Positions 10,940-22,900 of a stretch of 64,000 nucleotides of DNA are shown piece after piece. The DNA lies in assembly GCA_030390025.1 (NCBI GenBank), contig CM059432.1, positions 50,780,001 to 50,844,000 of the forward strand. Direction: 5' to 3'. This DNA comes from Squalus acanthias (lineage: Eukaryota). Position 1 is the stretch's first letter. Every line of letters starts with the position of its first letter. The notes under the pieces are model-generated. The model worked only from the letters and a program-made list of their open reading frames with translations. It did not search any database and had not been told where the DNA came from. Position numbers and translations under genes: made by a program.

Positions 10940-12594
10940 TGTAAAGTTTCGCAATTATCGCGATTCGAAATAACGAGATAGAAGCAGATTCGTTTGATCA
11001 GTTTATTTAAACGAAATGCTGTCATGATTAAACAGGACACAGAAGCCTGTAAAATGGCCGCCGCGCATCGTGGCAGAAGTTTCCAGAAGCACAGTGGGCA
11101 GACAAGATGGCGTTCGAATAAACATTTTCGATAAGCACTGACAAAGACAGGATGCAACCTGTTTGCATTTGTGACAATAGCAAAAGATATGAGTGCTGGA
11201 ATCGTTTTCCATGCACAAGTAAGGACCATTGTACTGGGCAATCGAAGGCCCATCCAGACACATCAATACGCAAATACCCCCACGGCTCTACAATGAGAGA
11301 GCCATTCTTGGGTGATTAAACAAGTATTCGGGGGCCCCCAAAACCCAGCCAGGGAGGCTCCTAGCCGGTTCGACAATGGGGAAAACATTAACGGGTAGTT
11401 GGCCAGTCTCAGGTGCTACTGAAAACCGTTAAAGACAAGAATCACCCCATGCTGGGAGTTTTGAGCGCCAATATTTCACAAAGGACAAACATTAAGATTT
11501 GGGCGGGAGATAAGAAAACACAGCGCTATAACTATAGTGAACAAATGTCCATCGCTTTTTTATCTCTCCTATCCTTATCCTCGGGTATCGCTCTGCTGGA
11601 CGAGCAGCCTTCTGTGTTTTCTCTGGACTCTGTCGACTAATGTTGGGTGGAGCTCAATCGGGACGAGCCGCCTCGACGGAGGGCGCGTAACCGGGTGCAC
11701 CATCCCGAGTGTCGGTAAACGGTGTTCTGGACCCGAAGGCCCGAAAAGACAAGACAAGATGAGAAGAGTCCACGTGCCGCCGCGGTCAGTAAACCCCGAC
11801 CGCGCCCGAAAATATATAGACCATTTTTGAACTCTATAGGTTGCTGCACGAACCAGTGAAAGACTCTTCTTCGAATTCTATCGACAACTGGTGTCGATAC
11901 AAGAAGACTCTTCTTTGAATTCTACCGGTAACTGGTGTCGGTACAGGAAGACTTTTCTTTGAGTTCTACAGCCGGGCCTGAGCACTGTCGAGTTCTTCAT
12001 GACAACGGGGAGCCCAGCCTGCTTGCAGCAGCAGCGAAAGTAAACAAGTGGGGTACAGAGACCCCTTCAAACACGTGACAGTCAGGCGCTGCAGCGAAAC
12101 GAGCCGAGCGCCTCACTTTAAAATTCTCCGAAGTATCACGAGTGGTGAGCATGTTTCCCGATCCTACAAATCTAGATGTAGTGTAGGTATTGATAGGGGA
12201 GGGTGGTTTTATTAAGGATAAAGTATAATGTGTTCCCCTTTTTACGATGTGCCATGCGTTCTTCATTACCATAGACCAAGCTTTATGAATGTATGTATAC
12301 TTGTACTATCGTTAATTTGTGCCTATGACATGTACTTCATGATTTTGGACGCTATGCAATAAAGATTTCCATTTCGTACTATTCAACCGGGTCTATTTGA
12401 GTTTTTCTCTGCATTACTGCTCTCGCACCTAAGTCCAGTGTTAGAACCGTAAGGGCGAGTGGGTCGAACCACTCACAGGTGCTTATTGCAACAAGGCTGG
12501 CCGGAGACCAGAGCAAGCAATAGTATTAGGCAACGAAGGCCTAACCCCGCACCAGCACCGTCTGCGATACAAGCACGACACAGAACCCCTTACA
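10940..12594 (+). mobile_element. Solo LTR, 1,655 bp (Gypsy or ERV; class unresolved)
   Basis: Starts TGTAA and ends TTACA. 4-bp TSD CCCC at 10936-10939 and 12595-12598 inside a minisatellite unit. TATA-like TATATAGA at ~11813 and AATAAA at 12358-12363. No gag/pol sequence. Confidence 0.88.
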
Positions 12595-13655
12595 CCCCAG
12601 ATCCCAGTGTAGTGTACACCACTGCTCACTGTAGCCCGAGATCCCCGTGCAGTGTACACCACTCCTCACTGTAAGTGCAGATTCCAGTGCAGTGCAAACC
12701 ACTCCTCACTGTAACTCCAGACCCCAGTGCAGTGTACACCACTGCTCACTGTAACCTCCGGTAGCAGTGCAGTATACAGCACTCCTCACTGTAACCCCAG
12801 ATCCCAGTGCAGCATACATCACTCCTCACTGTAACACCAGATCCCAGTGCAGTGTACACCATTCCTAACTGTAACTCCAGATCCCAGTGCAGTGTACACC
12901 ACTCCTCACTGTAACCCCAGATCCCAGTGCAATGTCACCACGGCTTACAGTAACCCCAGATCCCAGTGCAGTGTATACCACTGCTTACTGTAACCTCAGA
13001 TCCCAATGCAGTGTACACTACTCCTCACTGTAGCCCCAGATCTCAGTGCAGTGTACACCACTGCTCACTGTAACCCCAGATCCCAGTGCAGTGTACACCA
13101 CTGCTCACTGAAGCCCCAGATCCCAGTGCAATGTACACCACTGCTCACTGTAGCCCCAGATCCCAGTGCAGTGTACACCACTACTCACTGTAACCCCAGA
13201 TCCCAGTGCAGTGTACACCACTGCTCACTGTAGCCCCAGATCCCAGTGCAGTGTACACCACTGCTCACTGTAACCCCTAATCCTAGTGCAGTGTACACCA
13301 CTGCTTACTGTAGCCCCTGATCCCAGTGCAGTGTACACCACTGCTCACTGTAACCCCTGATCCTAGTGCAGTGTACACCACTGCTTACTGTAGCCCCTGA
13401 TCCCAGTGCAGTGTACACCACTGCTCACTGTAACCCCTGATCCTAGTGCAGTGTACACCACTGCTTACTGTAGCCCCTGATCCCAGTGCAGTGTACACCA
13501 CTGCTCACTGTAACCCCTGATCCTAGTGCAGTGTACACCACTGCTTACTGTAGCCCCTGATCCCAGTGCAGTGTACACCACTGCTTACTGTAGCCCCTGA
13601 TCCCAGTGCAGTGTACGCCACTGCTCACTGTAACCCCTGATCCTAGTGCAGTGCA
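12595..13655. repeat. 40-bp minisatellite, right block
   Basis: Same consensus as the left block; alternating 80-bp dimers at ~13260-13640. Confidence 0.96.
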
Positions 13656-13659
13656 CTGT

Positions 13660-13992
13660 ATATTGCACTGTCCAGTCTGCGTCACTCGCTCACCGCAGCT
13701 CCTGACCCACACCGACACCCAGTCGCCTGTGTCAATTCCGAGTCTGGATTCCCGGATCATCCAGGCGGACGCGGTAAGAAGCCGCCGCGACGGGCTCACC
13801 TCTCTCAGGCCGCTGTTTAATCGCTTCCCCTGTGGACTCGTCATTCCGCCGCCTCCGCCGCCGCCTGCACAAACCCGACACTCAGACCGAAACCGAAAGG
13901 CAAAACAAAAGCGTCATCACGTAGCACGCAGCCGAGCTCGTTCCACCAAACTCGCAACTCCTGATTGAGCAAACACGGAAAAAATAGCACCC
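13660..13992 (-). promoter_or_regulatory. CpG-rich island: putative promoter and 5' UTR of a host gene
   Basis: CpG-dense non-repetitive sequence. GGC-repeat leader (GGCGGCGGCGGAGGCGGCGGA) before an ATG. CRE-like TGACGC and TACGTGA at ~13911-13924. ETS-like CGGAA at ~13976. Confidence 0.7.
13800..13844 (-). CDS. Putative first coding exon (MTSPQGKRLNSGLRE) of an unidentified host gene
   Basis: ATG at 13844 with G at -3, 15 codons, then a consensus donor GAG|GTGAGC (GT at 13799-13798). No downstream exon was recognised in the window. Confidence 0.6.
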
Positions 13993-16900
13993 AGCACGTG
14001 ACACTAGTAGCATGGGTAACGTGACACAAGTAGCATGGTGCACGTGACACAAGAGGCATGGTGCACGTGATACAAGAAGCATGGTGCACATGACTAGTAA
14101 CATGGTGCACATTCCACGAGAAAAAAGGTCATGTGACACAAGTAACGTGGTGCACGTGACACAAGTAGCATGGGGCACGTGACACTAGTAACGGTGCAAG
14201 TGACAGTAGTAACATGGTGCACATGACACAGGAAGCTTGGTGCACGTGGCACAAGACGTGCACGTGACACAAGTAGCATGGTGCACATGACACGAGAAGC
14301 ATGGTGTACGTGACACAAGAAGCATGGTGTACGTGACAAAAGAAGTATGGTGCACGTGACACAAGAAGCATGGTGTACGTGACACAAGAAGCATGGTGTA
14401 CGTGACACAAGTAGCATGGTGTACGTGACACAAGAAGCATGGTGTATGTGACACAAGTACCATGGTGTACGTGACACAAGTAGCATGGTGCACGTGACAC
14501 AAGAAGCATGGTGCACGTGACACAAGAAGCATGGTGCACTTGACACAAGAAGCATGGTGCACAAGACAAAAGAAGCATGGTGCACGTGACACAAGTAACA
14601 TGGAGCACGTGACACAAGTAGCATGGTGTACGTGACTCAAGTAGCATGGTGTACGTGACACAAGTAGCATGGTGCACGTGACACAAGTAACATGGGGTAC
14701 GTGACACAAGTAGCATGGTGTACGTGACACAAGTAGCATGGTGTACGTGACACAAGTAGCATGGTGTATGTGACACAAGTAGCATGGTGCAGGTGAGACA
14801 AGTAGCATGGTGTACGTGACACAAGATGCATGGTGCACATGACTAGTAACATGGTGCACATTCCACGAGAAAAAAGGTCATGTGACACAAGTAACATGGT
14901 GCACGTGACACAAGTAGCATGGGGCACGTGACACTAGTAACATGGTGCAAGTGACAGTAGTAACATGGTGCACGTGACACAGGAAGCATGGTGCACGTGG
15001 CACAAGTCGTGCATGTGACACAAGTAGCATGGTGCACATGACGCGAGAAGCATGGTGCACGTGACACAAGTAGCATGGTGCACGTGACACAAGAAGCATG
15101 GTGTATGTGACACAAGAAGCATGGTGCACGTGACACCAGAAGCATGGTGTACGTGACACAACTAGCATGGTGTACGTGATACAAAAAGCATGGTGCACGT
15201 GACACAAGTAACATGGAGCACGTGACACAAGTAGCATGGTGTACGTGACTCAAGTAGCATGGTGCACGTGACACAAGTAACATGGTGCACGTGACACAAG
15301 TAGCATGGTGTATGTGACACAAGTAGCATGGTGCACGTGACACAAGTAACATGGGGTACGTGACACAAGTAGCATGGTGCAGGTGACACAAGTAGCATGG
15401 TGCACGTGACACAAGTAGCATGGTGTACGTGACACAAGAAGGATGATGCACGTGACACAAGAAGCATGGTGCAAGTGACACAAGTAGCATGGTGTACGTG
15501 ACACAAGTAGCATGGTGTACGTGACACAAGTAGCATGGTGCAGGTGAGACAAGTAGCATGGTGTACGTGACACAAGAAGCATGGTGCACGTGACACAAGT
15601 AGCATGGTGTACGTGACACAAGAAGCATGGAGCACGTGACACAAGTAGCATGGTGTACGTGTCACAAGAAGCATGGTGCACGTGACACAAGAAGCATGGT
15701 GCAAGTGACACAAGTAGCATGGTGTACGTGACACAAGTAGCATGGTGTACGTGACACAAGTAGCATGGTGCACGTGACACAAGTAGCATGGTGCACGTGA
15801 CACAAGAAGCATGGTCCACATGACACAAGAAGCATGGTGCACATGACTAGTAACATGGTGCACATTCCACGAGAAAAAAGGTCCTGTGACACAAGTATCA
15901 TGGTGCACGTGACACAAGTAGCATGGGGCACGTGACACTAGTAACATGGTGCAAGTGACAGTAGTAACATGGTGCACGTGACACAGGAAGCATGGTGCAC
16001 GTGGCACAAGACGTGCATGTGACACAAGTAGCATGGTGCACATGACACGAGAAGCATGGTGCACGTGACACAAGTAGCATGGTGCACGTGACACAGGAAG
16101 CATGGTGTACGTGACACAAGTAGCATGGTGCACATGACACAAGTAGTATGGTGCACGTGACACCAGAAGCATCGTGTAAGTAACACAAGAAGCATGGTGC
16201 ATGTGACACCAGAAGCATTTTGCATGTGACACAAGTAGCATGGTGCATGTGACACAAGTAGCATAGTGTACGTGACTCAAGTAGCATGGTGTACGTGACA
16301 CAAGTAGCATGGTGTACGTGACACAAGTAGCATGGTGTACATGACACAAGTAGCATGGTGTACATGACACAAGTAGCATGGTGTATGTGACACAAGTAGC
16401 ATGGTGTACGTGACACAAGTAGCATGGTGTACGTGACAAAATTAACATGGTGCACATGACACAAGTAGCATGGTGTACGTGACACAGGTAGCATGGTATA
16501 CGTGACACAAGTAGCATGGGTTAGGTGACACAAGTAGCATGGTGTACGTGACACAAGTAGCATGGTGCACGTGGCACAAGAAGCATGGTGCACCTGACAC
16601 AACTAGCATGGTGCACGTGGCAGAAGAAGCATGGTGCACCTGACACAAGTAGCATGGTGCATGTGACACAAGAAGCATGGTGCACCTGACACAAGTAGCC
16701 TGGTGAACGTGGCACAAGAAGCATGGTGCACGTGACACAAGTAGCATGGTGTATGTGACACAAGTAGTATGTTGCACGTGACACAAGAATCATGGTGCAC
16801 GTGTCACAAGAAGCATGGTGCACGTGGTACAAGAAGCATGGTGTAGGTGACACAAGTAGCATGGTGCAAGTGACACAAGAAGCATGGTGCACGTGACATA

Positions 16901-19900
16901 ATAAGCATGGTGTAAGTAACACAAGAAGCATGGTGTACGTGACACAAGAATCATGGTGCATATGACACCAGAAGCATTATGCATGTGACACAAGTAGCAT
17001 GGAGCACGCGACACAAGAAGCAAGGTGCACATGACACAAGAAGCATTTTGCACATGACACAAGAAGCATGGTGCACGTGACACAAGTAGCATGGCATGCA
17101 TGACACAAGTATCATGGTGTATGTGACACAAGTAGCATGGTGTATGTGACACAAGTAACATGGTGTACGTGACACAAGTAGCATGGTGCACGTGACACAA
17201 GTAGCATGGTGCACGTGACACAAGAAGCATGGTGCACGTGACAGAAGAAGCATGGTGCACGCGACACAAAAAGCTTGGTGCACTTGATACAAGTAGCATG
17301 GTGTACGTGACACAAGTAGCATGGTGTACGTGACACAAGTAGCATGGTGTACGTGACACAAGAAGCATGGTTAACGTGACACAAGTAGCATGGTGTACGT
17401 GACACAAGTAGCATGGTGCAGGTGACACAAGTAGCATGGTGCACGTGACACAAGTAGCATGGTGTACGTGACACAAGTAGCATGGTGTACGTGACACAAG
17501 TAGCATGGTGTATGTGACACAATAGCATGGTGCACGTGGCACAAGAAGCATGGTGCACGTGGCACAAGAAGCATGTTGCACGTGACACAAGAAGCATGGT
17601 GCACGTGGCACAAGAAGCATGGTGCACGTGACAGAAGAAGCATGGTGCACGCGACACAAAAAGCTTGGTGCACTTGATACAAGTAGCATGGTGTATGTGA
17701 CACAAGTAGCATGGTGTACGTGACAGAAGTAGCATGGTGTACGTGACACAAGAAGCATGGTTAACGTGACACAAGTAGCATGGCATACGTGACACAAGTA
17801 GCATGGTGCAGGTGACACAAGTAGCATGGTGCACGTGACACAAGTAGCATGGTGTACGTGACACAAGTAGCATGGTGCACATGACACAAGTAGCATGGAG
17901 CACATGACACAAGTAGCATGGTGCACGTGACACAAGAAGCATGGTGCACGTGGCACAAGAAGCATGTTGCACGTGACACAAGAAGCATGGTGCATGTGGC
18001 ACAAGAAGCATGGTGCACGTGACACAAGTAGCATGGTGTATGTGACACAAGTAGTATGTTGCACGTGACATAAGAATCATGGTGCACGTGACACAAGAAG
18101 CACGGTGCACATGACACAAGAAGCATGGTGCACGTGACACAAGAATCATGGTGCACGTGTCACAAGAAGCATGGTGCACGTGACACAAGTAGCATGGTGC
18201 AAGTGACACGAGAAGCATGGTGCACGTGACATAATAAGCATGGTGTAAGTAACACAAGAAGCATGGTGTACGTGACACAAGAATCATGGTGCATATGACA
18301 CCAGAAGCATTATGCATGTGACACAAGTAGCATGGTGTACGTGACACAAGTAGCATGGTGCACATGACACAAGAAGCATTTTGCACCTGACACAACTAGC
18401 ATGGTGCACGTGACACAAGTAGCATGGCATGCATGACACAAGTATCATGGTGTATGTGACACAAGTAGCATGGTGTATGTGACACAAGTAACATGGTGTA
18501 CGTGACACAAGTAGCATGGTGCACGTGACACAAGTAGCATGGTGCACGTGACACAAGAAGCATGGTGCACGTGACAGAAGAAGCATGGTGCACGCGACAC
18601 AAAAAGCTTGGTGCACTTGATACAAGTAGCATGGTGTATGTGACACAAGTAGCATGGTGTACGTGACACAAGTAGCATGGTGTACGTGACACAAGAAGCA
18701 TGGTTAACGTGACACAAGTAGCATGGCATACGTGACACAAGTAGCATGGTGCAGGTGACACAAGTAGCATGGTGCACGTGACACAAGTAGCATGGTGTAC
18801 GTGACACAAGTAGCATGGTGTACGTGACACAAGTAGCATGGTGTATGTGACACAATAGCATGGTGCACGTGGCACAAGTAGCATGGTGCACGTGGCACAA
18901 GTAGCATGGTGCATGTGGCACAAGAAGCATGTTGCACGTGACACAAGAAGCATGTTGCACGTGACACAAGAAGCATGGTGCACGTGACACAAGAAGCATG
19001 GTGCAAGTCACACAAGAAGCATGTTGTACGTGACATAAGCAACATGGTGCCCGTGACACAAGAAGCATGGTGCAAGTCACACAAGTAGCATGGAGCACGT
19101 GACAGTAGTAACATGGTGCCCGTGACACAAGAAGCATGGTGTACGTGACACAAGTAGCATGACGTACGTGACACAAGTAGCATGGTGTACATGACACAAG
19201 TAGCATGGTGCACATGACACAAGTAGCATGGAGCACATGACACAGGTAGCATGGTGCACGTGACACAAGTAGCATGGTGCACATGACACAAGAAGCATGG
19301 TGCACGTGGCACAAGAAGCATGTTGCACGTGACACAAGAAGCATGGTGCATGTGGCACAAGAAGCATGGTGCACGTGACACAAGTAGCATGGTGTATGTG
19401 ACACAAGTAGTATGTTGCACGTGACATAAGAATCATGGTGCACGTGACACAAGAAGCACGGTGCACATGACACAAGAAGCATGGTGCACGTGACACAAGA
19501 ATCATGGTGCACGTGTCACAAGAAGCATGGTGCACGTGGTACAAGAAGCATGGTGTAGGTGACACAAGTAGCATGGTGCAAGTGACACAAGAAGCATGGT
19601 GTACGTGACACAAGAATCATGGTGCATATGACACCAGAAGCATTATGCATGTGACACAAGTAGCATGGAGCACGCGACACAAGAAGCAAGGTGCACATGA
19701 CACAAGAAGCATTTTGCACATGACACAAGAAGCATGGTGCACGTGACACAAGTAGCATGGCATGCATGACACAAGTATCATGGTGTATGTGACACAAGTA
19801 GCATGGTGTATGTGACACAAGTAACATGGTGTACGTGACACAAGTAGCATGGTGCACGTGACACAAGTAGCATGGTGCACGTGACACAAGAAGCATGGTG

Positions 19901-22900
19901 CACGTGACAGAAGAAGCATGGTGCACGCGACACAAAAAGCTTGGTGCACTTGATACAAGTGGCATGGTGTATGTGACACAAGTAGCATGGTGTACGTGAC
20001 AGAAGTAGCATGGTGTACGTGACACAAGAAGCATGGTTAACGTGACACAAGTAGCATGGCATACGTGACACAAGTAGCATGGTGCAGGTGACACAAGTAG
20101 CATGGTGCACGTGACACAAGTAGCATGGTGTACGTGACACAAGTAGCATGGTGTACGTGACACAAGTAGCATGGTGTATGTGACACAATAGCATGGTGCA
20201 CGTGGCACAAGAAGCATGGTGCACGTGGCACAAGTAGCATGGTGCATGTGGCACAAGAAGCATGTTGCACGTGACACAAGAAGCATGTTGCACGTGACAC
20301 AAGAAGCATGGTGCACGTGACACAAGAAGCATGGTGCAAGTCACACAAGAAGCATGTTGTACGTGACATAAGCAACATGGTGCCCATGACACAAGAAGCA
20401 TGGTGCAAGTCACACAAGTAGCATGGAGCACGTGACAGTAGTAACATGGTGCTCGTGACACAAGAAGCATGGTGTACGTGACACAAGTAGCATGACGTAC
20501 GTGACACAAGTAGCATGGTGTACATGACACAAGTAGCATGGTGCACATGACACAAGTAGCATGGAGCACATGACACAGGTAGCATGGTGCACGTGACACA
20601 AGTAGCATGGTGTACGTGGCACAAGAAGCATGTTGCACGTGACACAAGAAGCATGGTGCATGTGGCACAAGAAGCATGGTGCACGTGACACAAGTAGCAT
20701 GGTGTATGTGACACAAGTAGTATGTTGCACGTGACATAAGAATCATGGTGCACGTGACACAAGAAGCACGGTGCACATGACACAAGAAGCATGGTGCACG
20801 TGACACAAGAATCATGGTGCACGTGTCACAAGAAGCATGGTGCACGTGGTACAAGAAGCATGGTGTAGGTGACACAAGTAGCATGGTGCAAGTGACACAA
20901 GAAGCATGGTGCACGTGACATAATAAGCATGGTGTAAGTAACACAAGAAGCATGGTGTACGTGACACAAGAATCATGGTGCATATGACACCAGAAGCATT
21001 ATGCATGTGACACAAGTAGCATGGAGCACGCGACACAAGAAGCAAGGTGCACATGACACAAGAAGCATTTTGCACATGACACAAGAAGCATGGTGCACGT
21101 GACACAAGTAGCATGGCATGCATGACACAAGTATCATGGTGTATGTGACACAAGTATCATGGTGTATGTGACACAAGTAACATGGTGTACGTGACACAAG
21201 AAGCATGGTGCACGTGACACAAGTAGCATGGCATGCATGACACAAGTATCATGGTGTATGTGACACAAGTAGCATGGTGTATGTGACACAAGTAACATGG
21301 TGTACGTGACACAAGTAGCATGGTGCACGTGACACAAGTAGCATGGTGCACGTGACACAAGAAGCATGGTGCACGTGACAGAAGAAGCATGGTGCACGCG
21401 ACACAAAAAGCTTGGTGCACTTGATACAAATAGCATGGTGTATGTGACACAAGTAGCATGGTGTACGTGACAGAAGTAGCATGGTGTACGTGACACAAGA
21501 AGCATGGTTAACGTGACACAAGTAGCATGGCATACGTGACACAAGTAGCATGGTGCAGGTGACACAAGTAGCATGGTGCACGTGACACAAGTAGCATGGT
21601 GTACGTGACACAAGTAGCATGGTGTACGTGACACAAGTAGCATGGTGTATGTGACACAATAGCATGGTGCACGTGGCACAAGAAGCATGGTGCACGTGGC
21701 ACAAGTAGCATGGTGCATGTGGCACAAGAAGCATGTTGCACGTGACACAAGAAGCATGTTGCACGTGACACAAGAAGCATGGTGCACGTGACACAAGAAG
21801 CATGGTGCAAGTCACACAAGAAGCATGTTGTACGTGACATAAGCAACATGGTACCCGTGACACAAGAAGCATGGTGCAAGTCACACAAGTAGCATGGAGC
21901 ACGTGACAGTAGTAACATGGTGCCCGTGACACAAGAAGCATGGTGTACGTGACACAAGTAGCATGACGTACGTGACACAAGTAGCATGGTGTACATGACA
22001 CAAGTAGCATGGTGCACATGACACAAGTAGCATGGAGCACATGACACAGGTAGCATGGTGCACGTGACACAAGTAGCATGGTGCACATGACACAAGAAGC
22101 ATGGGTTAGGTGACACAAGTAGCATGGTGTACGTGACACAAGTAGCATGGTGCACGTGGCACAAGAAGCATGGTGCACCTGACACAACTAGCATGGTGCA
22201 CGTGGCAGAAGAAGCATGGTGCACCTGACACAAGTAGCATGTTGCATGTGACACAAGAAGCATGGTGCACCTGACACAAGTAGCCTGGTGAACGTGGCAC
22301 AAGAAGCATGGTGCACGTGACACAAGTAGCATGGTGTATGTGACACAAGTAGTATGTTGCACGTGACATAAGAATCATGGTGCACGTGACACAAGAAGCA
22401 CGGTGCACATGACACAAGAAGCATGGTGCACGTGACATAAGAATCATGGTGCACGTGTCACAAGAAGCATGGTGCACGTGGTACAAGAAGCATAGTGTAG
22501 GTGACACAAGTAGCATGGTGCAAGTGACACAAGAAGCATGGTGCACGTGACATAATAAGCATGGTGTAAGTAACACAAGAAGCATGGTGTACGTGACACA
22601 AGAATCATGGTGCATATGACACCAGAAGCATTATGCATGTGACACAAGTGGCATGGAGCACGCGACACAAGAAGCAAGGTGCACATGACACAAGAAGCAT
22701 GGTGCACGTGACACAAGTAGCATGGCATGCATGACACAAGTATCATGGTGTATGTGACACAAGTATCATGGTGTATGTGACACAAGTAGCATGGTGTATG
22801 TGACACAAGTAACATGGTGTACGTGACACAAGTAGCATGGTGCACGTGACACAAGTAGCATGGTGCACGTGACACAAGAAGCATGGTGCACGTGACAGAA

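Noticed and set aside
10807..12272. Short ORFs inside the solo LTR as viral accessory genes
   Set aside because: They are short, on both strands, several start at non-ATG codons, and none has a recognisable domain.
9580..13655. V(D)J recombination-signal heptamers (CACTGTA / TACAGTG)
   Set aside because: The match to CACAGTG fails at the essential first C, and no ACAAAAACC nonamer or V/J segments were seen.
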